Source: Bacteriovoracaceae bacterium (GTDB lineage Bacteria; Bdellovibrionota; UBA1018). From it: a DNA stretch of 64,000 bases. Below, piece by piece: positions 8,189-17,795 of this stretch (position 1 is its first letter; each line of letters opens with the position of its first letter). Made by a program: the position numbers and the translations under genes. Where the stretch lies: positions 209,659 to 273,658 of the forward strand of contig CANFJX010000002.1 in NCBI GenBank assembly GCA_947447665.1, read 5' to 3'. The notes beneath the pieces were generated by a model that did no database searches, was not told the DNA's origin, and saw only the letters and a program-made list of their open reading frames with translations.

Positions 8189-10162
8189 TTAATTTCCAGC
8201 CAAACTCGTCAATACACTGAGGTGGAGAGATAATCTCTGAATTGCGTCCTCTGGAGTAATCATTTTAAAACCGGTAATCACAGATGCGGGTGATACTAAT
8301 GCGGAATTGGGAATCAATTTCCTAACCTTTTCGATTTCGACTGTTTTCTGGTTTAAAAATAAAATATCAAAATTGGCATAAGCTGATTGGATAGCGATTA
8401 AATCTCCGAAAATTTTATCGAACCAGCCAAAAATATGAAAAAACCGGGATGAATGAGTCCGATCTAAAGCAACTCTTTCTGGATTTGGAGCCACCAGATC
8501 CGGAGATATGACTTCGGATCTGACATGATCTGGAACGGTTGAGTTGTAGCTTGGAAAGATATCATACTTAGCTTTTATGTTTTTAGGATCTCTCAAATCA
8601 GGATTGCCCAAGCAGACTGGGATCTCGAAATGACTTGTAAAATTAATAATTTGATCTTTAAGTCCTTCAGTTGCCTTGTTGTATTTTAAGCACTTTTGGA
8701 GTGATTGATGGAGACTCGATTTAAAAAAACTATCCACCTCGAACAGAGAGTCCTCCAATTGCTTTTTGATCAGCGTCAGATCGGGATGCGCATGATTAAT
8801 CTCTCGCATTGCCTCTAAAAGGGGTTCGGCTACCTGCAACAATTGATCACGCGAAACCACCGCACCTGGGACGTTTTCCTGTTCAGTAAGTGGCCGGACC
8901 AAGTGGCGGTCCCAAGCTTCAATCAAGGCTGCTCCCCGGGCCAGGAGGATGGGATTAATCTCCTCTGCAAGAAATTGAAGCTCTCCCGTAAAGATGTCAT
9001 CACTGTCTTTCCGAGAGAACAAATGGGTGATGCTTTCAGAAACGAGGAGCCGGAGAATCCGAGACCAGTGAAACTGAAACCAACTTCGAGCCACGTCAGT
9101 TCTCATCTGCTCCAACTCGTAAAAGTCTCGCACTACGGACCCTCGAGTTAACTCGAAACCCGCATCAAGGAAATTTTGATAGTATTCGTAATTTCCTGGC
9201 ACGGAAGGTCCAGGAGTACCGGACGGTCCTACCCCTAAACTCGAAGGGCTCGGGGTGCTAGAATCCACCTGACCACAGGCTCCTGGGCCCAGCTTCTTCG
9301 TGCCAAGGACTCGCCAACAAGAATCGCCGTCACCCCCTTGGCCAGGCCTTCCCTCGTCGCCCACTGGACCGCCTTCGCCTCCTGCTCCGCCTAATCCGGG
9401 AGAAGATTTTACGAAATTTAGCTGGAGCTCGCTTACGGTCTTTTTGGAAGTGAGAAAAACAATCGGAACTGAGCCACCACCCTTGCCTCCTGGGCCACCT
9501 TGGCCTCCCTGGCCTCTTTGTCCTGAATCGCCCCCATGGCCTGCTTCCCAGCTCCAAACAAGCCCAACCCAAGCCTTCTCGCCTCGGCCACCGGCGCCAC
9601 CGGTGCCACCCTTTCCACCGGTGCCACCTTGACCGCCTTTTTGTCCAGTTCCATCAATCGTTGGAGTTCCGATGACTTCAGCCGCAAAGACCAAAATCGG
9701 ACTTGGGGAGGCCTTTGCTGAAGGTCCAGTATATCCTGTGGCTCCAGTCCCTCCTACTCCCCCCTTTTCTCCATCATGCGTGCGCTCGCTTGATACATTC
9801 CTACAGGAATCACATCCAGTGGATCCTTGAACACCCACTGCAGGCATCAAATGGTTCCGCGCCATGGGGAGAGAATAAGCCTTAATCGTCGCGCCAGCCT
9901 TAAACTCAAGTCTGCGGGTATCGATCAGGAGCTGATGGCCCCGAGTCACAATGGTCCCATTAATGATGACTTCATCCGCTTTGATAACCGTGGGACCGGT
10001 CAAAACGTAAACTGGATTTCCCAATGTGACTCGATCATGCGACCTTCTCATTGCGCCTGAAAAATCTTCGAATTCGCTGGGGGGTGGCAGCTCAACACAC
10101 AACGCTTGATGTACCATTGTGAACCAAGCGCACGCCACCGTCCAAACGCTGAATTTACTCAC
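8189..10162 (-). CDS. Secreted bacterial collagen-like protein (657 aa): N-terminal beta-rich segment, several interrupted (G-X-Y)n runs, C-terminal helical domain
   Basis: Runs such as GEKGGVGGTGATGYTGPS, GQKGGQGGTGGKGGTGGAGGRGEK and GLGGAGGEGGPVGDEGRPGQGGDG keep Gly at every third position. The 8-bp start/stop overlap with the upstream gene is another sign of operon packing. Confidence 0.65.
   Translation of the reverse strand: MSKFSVWTVACAWFTMVHQALCVELPPPSEFEDFSGAMRRSHDRVTLGNPVYVLTGPTVIKADEVIINGTIVTRGHQLLIDTRRLEFKAGATIKAYSLPMARNHLMPAVGVQGSTGCDSCRNVSSERTHDGEKGGVGGTGATGYTGPSAKASPSPILVFAAEVIGTPTIDGTGQKGGQGGTGGKGGTGGAGGRGEKAWVGLVWSWEAGHGGDSGQRGQGGQGGPGGKGGGSVPIVFLTSKKTVSELQLNFVKSSPGLGGAGGEGGPVGDEGRPGQGGDGDSCWRVLGTKKLGPGACGQVDSSTPSPSSLGVGPSGTPGPSVPGNYEYYQNFLDAGFELTRGSVVRDFYELEQMRTDVARSWFQFHWSRILRLLVSESITHLFSRKDSDDIFTGELQFLAEEINPILLARGAALIEAWDRHLVRPLTEQENVPGAVVSRDQLLQVAEPLLEAMREINHAHPDLTLIKKQLEDSLFEVDSFFKSSLHQSLQKCLKYNKATEGLKDQIINFTSHFEIPVCLGNPDLRDPKNIKAKYDIFPSYNSTVPDHVRSEVISPDLVAPNPERVALDRTHSSRFFHIFGWFDKIFGDLIAIQSAYANFDILFLNQKTVEIEKVRKLIPNSALVSPASVITGFKMITPEDAIQRLSLHLSVLTSLAGN
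9170..9780 (-). repeat. Low-complexity GGN/ACC-rich coding repeats, e.g. ccaccggtgccacc units, that encode the collagen-like G-X-Y tracts
   Basis: The visible reiteration of ccaccggcgccaccggtgccaccctttccaccggtgccacc gives rise to spurious Pro-rich antisense ORFs. Confidence 0.6.
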
Positions 10163-12515
10163 TTTCGATCTCCTCTTGATTCTGGCTAAAACTGCCTAAG
10201 TCGCCCTTGGGTCCATCCGGATTCACAGGCCCTAGGGTTCCTGCTGGCAGCTCGAAGCTCCGCGTTTTAACTTGGGGTAAGATTTGGTGATCTAACAGGT
10301 CCTTGGCAGCTATTTGTTCCTGAAGAGCAAGAAGGGCTTGCTCGGCACGCGCACGAATACAATCTAAATTGATTCCTGGGCAAACTCGATTGAGTTTTTG
10401 AGCCTGTTGCGTGGGAGAGAGGTAGCTAAAGTCTTCCTTGATAAACACTTGAATTGTCGGATCCGTCTCAGACTTTCGTGTAGCCGACTCAAACAGGAGG
10501 CGTAGGTCATGAATAGATGGATTGTCTAAAAAATGATCGCCACTAGCGGTCGAAGCCTCAGCAGATCGCGATAAACTCCATCGCCTAGTAAATTGAATAA
10601 AAGTAGCTAAATCCAAGTCCGTAGCGTCGCCATCACCACCTCGTCGCGCAGGCACGGCCCTTTGTCCTGAACCACCTTGGCTCTCTAAGATAGGAAAAAA
10701 ATTCACTCGGGGCGCCTGGTCTGCCCCTCCAGGCCCAGGTCTCAATCTTACCCTGAGGCTACCACCAGAATAACCTTTCAAGGCTTTCGCAAGAGCAGCT
10801 CGACCCGGTTGGGCTTCTTTTTCGATCACATGGAGAACAAAATAATAGGTTCCCTGGCCCCTGGAGAAATCAGGATGGTTCACCTGGAAACCTACGATCA
10901 ACGGAAACGTGATCGCAGCATCTTCTTTTAGGGGACTCTCTGCGGGCAAGTCCGGATGCTTTAGGGCTGAGCTCAGATCAAATAAGGATCCATCGATTTG
11001 TGTAGTCACCCAATCTAAGCTCACATCAGGAGCGATGATAGCAGAGTCAAACGGCATATTCACTGTGGGTGTCTCTAGTTCAACCCGGGTCGGACCGACC
11101 GCTCCGTCAACAAAAGTGCAACCGCGCTCTTCTATTAGATGGGCTAAGTCTGCGGCATTTCCGACTGAAATTCTCCTTGAGGGAATACCAGCAGCATCCA
11201 GCGCACCACAAAACGATTGAATGGAAGCAGTCGTTGGGTGGAGATAGGCATTCAGTCGAAAGGTTAAAATTCGGTCAAGCAGAGTCAAGCTTGCAGGGAC
11301 CGGTAAAACGGGGACAGAGGCTAGTTCAGGAAATGCTACACTGGGCATGACTCGCTGAATTCTCAGTCGAAACCACATTGCATCCAACGATTGATGCGTA
11401 TATCCGCTGGGTAAGCTCTCCAAAAACTCAGAAATCGGCTGATTACTTCTCTGTAGTTCAGTCTCATAGCGTCGGTACAAGTCCTCAATCCAAGCAAGAG
11501 CGTGAACTGATGAATGGACAGGACTCAGTTTTCTCTCGATCTCTCGCAAGTCCATAAGTAAATTCCATCCCAGTCGAAGTTTGGAATATACCTGCTCTTT
11601 TTCAGTAGGTTCTCTTCCTCGATTCTGGAGTAGTTCAGAAAAAAAGGCCTGCTTCAGTCGATCGAGAAATTCGTTCAGTTGATCTTGTCTTAGGTTTAGA
11701 AAAATAGACTCGCTCGAACTCATGAAAAGTTGTATTAAATTGGAGAATCTAAATTTATTCAAAAGTAAGTTAAATGTTTCTGGGCTTTTAATGATGGAAT
11801 CAAGAGTCCTGTTTAGAAAATGAACATGCCCCAATTTTTTTAGATGAAATTGGACCAGTGAAATGACAAGAGAACTATTAGGGTTCTCTTCGGAAAGCAG
11901 GGACTCGACTACTTTTTGCCAAGTTGGAGCTGAAAAAATTCCAATCAACTCTCGCCAGTTAAGATTTTGATTCAGCTTTGATTCTTCAGTCAATAATTCT
12001 GCCAAATAGGTGGAATTCTCAAGAAGATCGATTGGATCCTGTTGACGGACTAATTGAGTGTTCAGCTCGGATAGAATTGCGCTCAGCGCATCAGGTGATA
12101 GAGGCGTGGTACATTTCTTAAGTGGCTTTAATAAGTAAGCTAGACCGTGAGCATGAGTGCGAGCAACCTCTCCAAAGGATTGGAAATGCTCGATTTGGCA
12201 AGAAATCGAATGTAATTGAAAAAGTTTATCTCGATTGTCGGGCTCAAGCTGGTCTAAAATATTTCTACTTAGAACCTCGCCCCAGAACTTAGACCACCCA
12301 AAGTCTGCTGGAATACTTTTTTTAATTCTGTCTAATGCTTGTGATCTCTCTTGGTTATTGGAGGCTTTTCTTAAAATATAGATTGCAGTATCTGCATTGA
12401 ATGTAGGGTGCACGCTGACGCCAACTAAGCCACGGCTGCAGCTAGTGGCAAAAAAAAGCGTTAGAACACATGGATAAATCAGCTGAAACAATGTAGTTTT
12501 TAAATCCATTTTCAT
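10155..12515 (-). CDS. Large secreted or lipoprotein-like hypothetical protein (786 aa), first gene of the operon
   Basis: N-terminus MKMDLKTTLFQLIYPCVLTLFFATSCS is a signal peptide with a possible lipobox. The rest is mostly helical with no recognisable catalytic motif. Confidence 0.6.
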   Translation of the reverse strand: MKMDLKTTLFQLIYPCVLTLFFATSCSRGLVGVSVHPTFNADTAIYILRKASNNQERSQALDRIKKSIPADFGWSKFWGEVLSRNILDQLEPDNRDKLFQLHSISCQIEHFQSFGEVARTHAHGLAYLLKPLKKCTTPLSPDALSAILSELNTQLVRQQDPIDLLENSTYLAELLTEESKLNQNLNWRELIGIFSAPTWQKVVESLLSEENPNSSLVISLVQFHLKKLGHVHFLNRTLDSIIKSPETFNLLLNKFRFSNLIQLFMSSSESIFLNLRQDQLNEFLDRLKQAFFSELLQNRGREPTEKEQVYSKLRLGWNLLMDLREIERKLSPVHSSVHALAWIEDLYRRYETELQRSNQPISEFLESLPSGYTHQSLDAMWFRLRIQRVMPSVAFPELASVPVLPVPASLTLLDRILTFRLNAYLHPTTASIQSFCGALDAAGIPSRRISVGNAADLAHLIEERGCTFVDGAVGPTRVELETPTVNMPFDSAIIAPDVSLDWVTTQIDGSLFDLSSALKHPDLPAESPLKEDAAITFPLIVGFQVNHPDFSRGQGTYYFVLHVIEKEAQPGRAALAKALKGYSGGSLRVRLRPGPGGADQAPRVNFFPILESQGGSGQRAVPARRGGDGDATDLDLATFIQFTRRWSLSRSAEASTASGDHFLDNPSIHDLRLLFESATRKSETDPTIQVFIKEDFSYLSPTQQAQKLNRVCPGINLDCIRARAEQALLALQEQIAAKDLLDHQILPQVKTRSFELPAGTLGPVNPDGPKGDLGSFSQNQEEIESE

Positions 12516-12596
12516 AAATTTTTAGTTTCTATTTAAAATAAACGGATGTATATTACGAAACGCATTTATAAGTCAACTATTCATTGTTGGTATTAA

Positions 12597-13304
12597 ATGA
12601 GAATTTTTAAACGAATTAATTCGAGTGAAAGCATGAAGATTTTTATTTTCATAATATTTTGCACCATTCTTGGTCCAGTAGTCCAAGCCGAAGACCTACC
12701 TGTTGCAATTAATTTAAACGAAGAGATTCCACAGAAGCTGATCTATGGCGATGTTTTTATTGGGCAAAGCATTGAACCTAACCAGCATAAACTTAACTCT
12801 TACATTCAGTATAGTTCAGGTACTAACAGTCCCCAGTACTCGCTCACAGGTGCTAATTTAGGTTCAGATTATTGGCTTCTAAATTCACTTATGGTTGGTA
12901 TGAGTCTAAATTACTATTCAAGTTCTCCACTTTTACTTCAAGAAGTTCTCAGTAATGAACTCCGACTCAATGCAGTTTCACTTAAATATTACAGCCCAAA
13001 ATTCGGAATCTACGCCCATTTGGGGTATGTCCCACTTCAGGGGATCTTCAATCTATTTGAGAAGTTTGTAATTAAATCGAGTCTCATTGTGGGACTCGGT
13101 TTAGGGACGACCCAATATAGTGATCACGCATTTTATCCAGGCATAAAGATCTTTATCGAAGAAAGACTCCTTCTCTACAAAACATTTGGAATTAGCTTGG
13201 GTATTACGCATTTCTGGGAAGGAAACCATCCTCAACTGGAATCTCAAAATACTCATTGGTTAAGCAGGGATCAAGTGGTTTCGGGGGTCTACCTTGAACT
13301 CTAG
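12597..13304 (+). CDS. Small secreted protein, probably an outer-membrane beta-barrel (235 aa; the start may be the internal Met at 12633)
   Basis: Signal peptide MKIFIFIIFCTILGPVVQA. Alternating hydrophobic pattern. It is divergent from the secreted operon across an AT-rich intergenic region. Confidence 0.5.
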   Translation: MRIFKRINSSESMKIFIFIIFCTILGPVVQAEDLPVAINLNEEIPQKLIYGDVFIGQSIEPNQHKLNSYIQYSSGTNSPQYSLTGANLGSDYWLLNSLMVGMSLNYYSSSPLLLQEVLSNELRLNAVSLKYYSPKFGIYAHLGYVPLQGIFNLFEKFVIKSSLIVGLGLGTTQYSDHAFYPGIKIFIEERLLLYKTFGISLGITHFWEGNHPQLESQNTHWLSRDQVVSGVYLEL

Positions 13305-13818
13305 AATTAAAACCACTTTAACCTTAGGGCTGACTGCATTCTTTCTTCTCGGGGCGCTAGACGGCTTTTCCTCCCAAGAAAGGGCCAACTTAGACCTGGG
13401 TCGCCTCATGAATGCCCAAAAGAAAAGCTACCTAGAAAGGAATTGGGATGCATTTTTTGGGACTGCTCAAGTGTATCGGCTCGCTTGGTGGAACGAGGTT
13501 CCATCCGTGACGCTGATCGCCCTCGAAGCTCTGGCGCTCGCTCGTCATTGCCGATATGCAGAGGCTGAATTGCTCATTGCCACCTTGGGTTCTCATTCAA
13601 GCGCCCGACGTGGTGAAACGGAGGCCATCCAGCAAGTCAAACACCTTCTGACTTCTGTTAAAAAGTTAGGCATCCAGGCACAAGAGAATTCCTCTCTCCA
13701 TATCTCGTCGAGAGCTAATCCCGAAGTATTTTGGCCGATCCAAAACTTATCACTTTGGAAGCGTTTACCGCCCACTTCCTTCCGTGTGCATATGGAGAGT
13801 AAATGTCGTTTAGAATGA
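13294..13818 (+). CDS. Secreted helical-repeat (TPR-like) protein, 174 aa
   Basis: Signal peptide MNSRIKTTLTLGLTAFFLLGALDG. Overlaps both neighbours. Confidence 0.5.
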   Translation: MNSRIKTTLTLGLTAFFLLGALDGFSSQERANLDLGRLMNAQKKSYLERNWDAFFGTAQVYRLAWWNEVPSVTLIALEALALARHCRYAEAELLIATLGSHSSARRGETEAIQQVKHLLTSVKKLGIQAQENSSLHISSRANPEVFWPIQNLSLWKRLPPTSFRVHMESKCRLE

Positions 13819-15773
13819 ATCTCATTCGATTGGCTCCTCTAGTGTTCGGCGCCTTTTCTCCGGCCTGGGGAGTCGCTCTCCCTTCGGTGGATGACGTCCG
13901 CCCTCCGGTCAAGGCGTCAGACACGATCTCATCAGCTTCCGCCCTTCTGGCGGCAGGGGAGCCAGAGCAGGCGATTACCATTTTAAGGGCGATTTTTTCT
14001 TCCAAAAGGGCAGGAGACATTCGGTTTAATGCGGCTCTTCTTTTGGCTTCATTTGGCCCAGGCACGAGTGCCTTCCCTGATCGTGCCGTTTATGCAGAAT
14101 TTGTTCTGAGTCATCCTCTGGCTGTCAGCAGGTTAAAAAATTCAGATCGAATTCGACTCCTCAGGAGCGCAGGACTCGGTTGGTTTAGTTTGGCGAGATG
14201 GCCCGAGGCCTCCCTCTCGTTCGAAAAGCTGCGGAACCTCGGAGGACCTGACGATGGCTCCCTCTCCGAGCTTCATCTCGGCTGGATTGAGTTGAACCAA
14301 AAGAATCCAAAGCTAGCTCTGCAGCGTTGGTTAAGTTTTCTCGGTCATCACCAGCATGAGGTCGATCAACCATGGGGACCCACGCTCATCCGGGACCTGG
14401 GTCATGTCTGGATTGAAGCTGGAGGGTTCCCGCCCGAGGTTGGTGAGCAAATCGACCGACTCATCCAAAGTCATGATGAACTCAAATATTTCCGGGAGGG
14501 GATGTCACAAGGACTAGGTTTGATTCCTTTGGATTCTCCCACATGGGCCAGTTTTCGGGGCTCAGCATTAAAAACTCGTATGAGTCGCCACCTAGCGGAT
14601 TTACTCCTCAAAAACCCTGAGGCAATCGAGTCACATCCCTGTGAAATCTTAGACTGGATCAAGCAGGACGGCTCCATCGGAGGCGGCGAAACTCAGGGTC
14701 AATTATTTGTCTCGCTCCAGAACTGCTTAAAGTCCCCTGGGATTACCGAAGGGGAAAATCGCAAAGTACTACTCACTTTATTGCATCCATGGATGTCTCA
14801 CCTCAGGAAGAGCTCGGGCATTTCGATTGAGGATCGGAGATTCGCTCTTCTTCATATTTTTTATCTTCAAAATGAACCAGACCTCAAAAAGAGGCAGGAG
14901 TGGTTAGAGAAATTTTACCCCAGCCCATCGGAAGTCAAAATCCTTAAGAATGGCCCAGTAGCTCTCCTGTGGTTGGAGGTTCTGCAAAGGCGCGCACATG
15001 ACGAAGATACTTCAATGATCAGAAAGTCATGGATTGATAATTTTTTAGAGAATCCGAGTCAATTTGAATTTGTACCCATACCTCCAGATGACCTCACACT
15101 CATTGCCTTGCAAATCAGTCAACAAGAACAAGTTTGGCTCCCGATCTGGAATTATCTCAATCGACTTGGGACAAAGATTTTCACTTCAGAAAGGGTTTTG
15201 GGATCACTTCACGTTTGGCTAACTAGCTTCATTTCACGTGCATTCTTGGACGGAAGCCTTCCGCCTGAGCCGTCAGTTGAATCGATTACTCAACCCTATT
15301 TTAATATCGTTCGATTTTTTATCTATTTGGAAAATCAATTTAACCAAAGTTTACAGCCCAGTGTTGAGTCTGACTTAGTTGGAGCATCCTGCCTAAAGGA
15401 TCATCTTAACGCTCAATTTAACACTCAATCTAGTCCGATATTTTCGGCCTACCATAGTACACGCGATGGCATAACTAGTTTAAAATCTGCATTAAAAATA
15501 AAAATCAAATTAGAATCTTCGCACTTCTTTAGCGACTTAAAAAAGCAAATAAGTTTCATCAAAAGTGGCTCATTATTTCTAAGAAAGGCTGGAATTTTAT
15601 TTCCGCCTGTCAAGCAAACCATGGCGAAAGTGTCAAATCTATATATTGACTCAATTCGATCTAACATTCAAGCGATAGAAGCACCCAATGAGTGGTCAGT
15701 GCCTGATCAAGAATCTTGGCGTGCCCAAAGGAAGCAGATTGCAGATGGCCTAAACGAGTGGAGAGCTGAATGA
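13803..15773 (+). CDS. Secreted 656-aa protein with an N-terminal TPR-like region
   Basis: Signal peptide MSFRMNLIRLAPLVFGAFSPAWG. The helical-repeat N-terminus includes AITILRAIFSSKRAGDIRFNAALLLASFG. Confidence 0.55.
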   Translation: MSFRMNLIRLAPLVFGAFSPAWGVALPSVDDVRPPVKASDTISSASALLAAGEPEQAITILRAIFSSKRAGDIRFNAALLLASFGPGTSAFPDRAVYAEFVLSHPLAVSRLKNSDRIRLLRSAGLGWFSLARWPEASLSFEKLRNLGGPDDGSLSELHLGWIELNQKNPKLALQRWLSFLGHHQHEVDQPWGPTLIRDLGHVWIEAGGFPPEVGEQIDRLIQSHDELKYFREGMSQGLGLIPLDSPTWASFRGSALKTRMSRHLADLLLKNPEAIESHPCEILDWIKQDGSIGGGETQGQLFVSLQNCLKSPGITEGENRKVLLTLLHPWMSHLRKSSGISIEDRRFALLHIFYLQNEPDLKKRQEWLEKFYPSPSEVKILKNGPVALLWLEVLQRRAHDEDTSMIRKSWIDNFLENPSQFEFVPIPPDDLTLIALQISQQEQVWLPIWNYLNRLGTKIFTSERVLGSLHVWLTSFISRAFLDGSLPPEPSVESITQPYFNIVRFFIYLENQFNQSLQPSVESDLVGASCLKDHLNAQFNTQSSPIFSAYHSTRDGITSLKSALKIKIKLESSHFFSDLKKQISFIKSGSLFLRKAGILFPPVKQTMAKVSNLYIDSIRSNIQAIEAPNEWSVPDQESWRAQRKQIADGLNEWRAE

Positions 15774-16036
15774 AAATTCTATCGAAAATGGCGATTATTT
15801 TCGTACTTTTTGTCTGCACAGCTGGACTGGTAATCCAAACCAAGGCTCAACCGCCTCAAGAAGAGGTTGACCTAGGGATCCTATCGGTTGAAGGCAGCAT
15901 TCGCTACCCAAGTTTCCAGGTGATCGAAAACCCTGAAACCCTCAGGAAGGTAACTCGCGAAGCATTGGGCCGTGAGCTGACTAGAATTGAGGAAGAAGTA
16001 CTCAGGTCTTGCGGGAGTGAAAATGAAACTGAATAG
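15770..16036 (+). CDS. Small secreted protein (88 aa)
   Basis: ATGA overlap with the upstream gene. Hydrophobic N-terminus MKILSKMAIIFVLFVCTAGLVIQT. Confidence 0.4.
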   Translation: MKILSKMAIIFVLFVCTAGLVIQTKAQPPQEEVDLGILSVEGSIRYPSFQVIENPETLRKVTREALGRELTRIEEEVLRSCGSENETE

Positions 16037-17120
16037 CCTTACTCAGATCTTTGCTCCCTGCCAAATTAGGGATAACCTTCGACTGAGCGTGGTGCCGCAG
16101 TCATTACTCCAGTCTCCCCCTCCCTTCGAGGCGAAGATGTCTCGAAACGGGCTTGAGATCCAGATCAAATCTTCTGACTCCCTTAAGGTCGTCAAAGCTG
16201 GGGTCGTCATTTATGACGGTAGACAGCTGATTTTTGAATCTAATTCTAATTTTCGAATTTTTGGAAGTTACGAGGACACTCTCGTGATTTCAAATCACTT
16301 CGGAGACTCATGGACTGTGTCGTTTAAATACGAAATGGCTTCGCCAGATGACCAGCAAGCGGGGATGTTTGCAAAATCATTTTTCGAGTCAGGCATGGCA
16401 CATTTGCTCCTCGTGATCCTGATAGCAGGGGCAATTTACGCCCAGAGCATACCCCTCCAACGATCGTCACCTCTCGACTCATCTTTAGGCCTCCGAATAG
16501 AAAGTAGAAATTCTGAGGCACCTTTAATTACATTTACGCCGTTTTCTGGGATGAGTCTGCGTGAATTTGAAATGCCAGAGTCATCGGAGCATTCAAATAC
16601 GAAGCGGACGTTTCAGCCTTTGAAGGCCCTTGGAAAAACGGCCTCATTTCTCAAATCATTCTTCGGCGGGAAGGCGAATCAGGCCCTCGAGATTACGTCA
16701 GGCCGATCCGCTTTGAGTGCAGTCGAGACAGCAAAAATTGACACCAGTCGACTGCTCGAGTCCACCCTAAAAAGGGACAACAGAATAGCCGGGGGCTCCG
16801 AGCAATTGGCAGCTCGAGCTAAGTCAAACGAACGAGAAAATAAATTAAGGCAAAAACTAGAGTCACTCAAACCAAAATTGACTGAAGCATTCGATCAAGC
16901 GGTTCGAATGGATCCGGCATTTTCTGTGAGTGTAACTATCGAGGGCTTGGTAAATAGTCGTGGACGGCTGTCCAGCGTCGAGCTCAAGTCTAGAGGTCAT
17001 TCTACTCCCCTGGCGCTAGCTGCCTTCGAAAGGCAAATCAGAAATATTCTTGAATCAGTAGAAATAGGCAATGAATTCTCAGGGCTCAAGTTACGAACGG
17101 AACATGTTTTTATCAAGTAG
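15987..17120 (+). CDS. TonB C-terminal-domain protein with atypical topology: about 125 aa come before the single TM helix (the start may be the ATG at 16023)
   Basis: TM segment MAHLLLVILIAGAIYAQSI at about residue 125. The C-terminus SVSVTIEGLVNSRGRLSSVELKSRGHSTPLALAAFERQIRNILESVEIG resembles the TonB-C fold signature. ExbB and ExbD genes lie directly downstream. Confidence 0.55.
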   Translation: MRKKYSGLAGVKMKLNSLTQIFAPCQIRDNLRLSVVPQSLLQSPPPFEAKMSRNGLEIQIKSSDSLKVVKAGVVIYDGRQLIFESNSNFRIFGSYEDTLVISNHFGDSWTVSFKYEMASPDDQQAGMFAKSFFESGMAHLLLVILIAGAIYAQSIPLQRSSPLDSSLGLRIESRNSEAPLITFTPFSGMSLREFEMPESSEHSNTKRTFQPLKALGKTASFLKSFFGGKANQALEITSGRSALSAVETAKIDTSRLLESTLKRDNRIAGGSEQLAARAKSNERENKLRQKLESLKPKLTEAFDQAVRMDPAFSVSVTIEGLVNSRGRLSSVELKSRGHSTPLALAAFERQIRNILESVEIGNEFSGLKLRTEHVFIK

Positions 17121-17150
17121 GAATAATTATTTTAGGAGGACAGTAATTTT

Positions 17151-17795
17151 ATGATTAAGACGTTGTTTGATATTTTTCTTTTTTTGGGATCTGAGTGGGT
17201 TTTGTGGATTTTGGGAGGTTGTAGCCTTCTTTGTATTGCAGTGATTTTTGATCGTAGACGGGCGATTAGCGCTCAGGATCGGGTTGGAGAGAGGCTTTGG
17301 GCGGGTGCACTAAGAGTTTGGGTTACGGATCAGGTTCCTGCCGACTGGGCACTTCAGGCACCTGAGTTTTTGAAGCGGTATCCTTGCGTAGAAGCTAGGC
17401 TCCTCAACTCGTTAGCCAATCGAAATCGTATCACTACCGGTGATATTGAAAAGATCAGCCTAAGTGTTTTAGCCGCCGAAAGATTAGAGTTAGAACGAAA
17501 CCTGGCAATCCTAGGTACCCTTGGAAATTCTGCCCCATTTATCGGTCTTTTTGGAACCGTTCTGGGAATTATCAAGGCTTTTTCGCAACTCGATCAGGCC
17601 GCCAGCGGAAGCGGACTTAATTCAGTGAGCGGTGGCCTAGCTGAGGCGTTGGTCACGACCGCGGCAGGCCTTTTAGTTGCCCTTCCGAGTGCGATAGCAT
17701 TCAATTACTTTCAGCGTAAAATAAAAGCGATTTTCTCTAGATCCATGAGCATAGCTGGTGCAGTGGGCTCAAGCCACAAAGAGGAGCGAATATGA
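17151..17795 (+). CDS. exbB: MotA/TolQ/ExbB-family proton channel
   Basis: 214 aa, three TM segments. Motif GTLGNSAPFIGLFGTVLGIIKAF is typical of ExbB/TolQ. Confidence 0.85.
   Translation: MIKTLFDIFLFLGSEWVLWILGGCSLLCIAVIFDRRRAISAQDRVGERLWAGALRVWVTDQVPADWALQAPEFLKRYPCVEARLLNSLANRNRITTGDIEKISLSVLAAERLELERNLAILGTLGNSAPFIGLFGTVLGIIKAFSQLDQAASGSGLNSVSGGLAEALVTTAAGLLVALPSAIAFNYFQRKIKAIFSRSMSIAGAVGSSHKEERI

Noticed and set aside
9300-9721. Pro-rich plus-strand ORFs (110 aa and 61 aa) and Arg-rich minus-strand ORFs inside the collagen-like gene
   Set aside because: They are frame and strand shadows of the GGN-rich collagen-coding repeats: antisense GGN reads as NCC, which is Pro.
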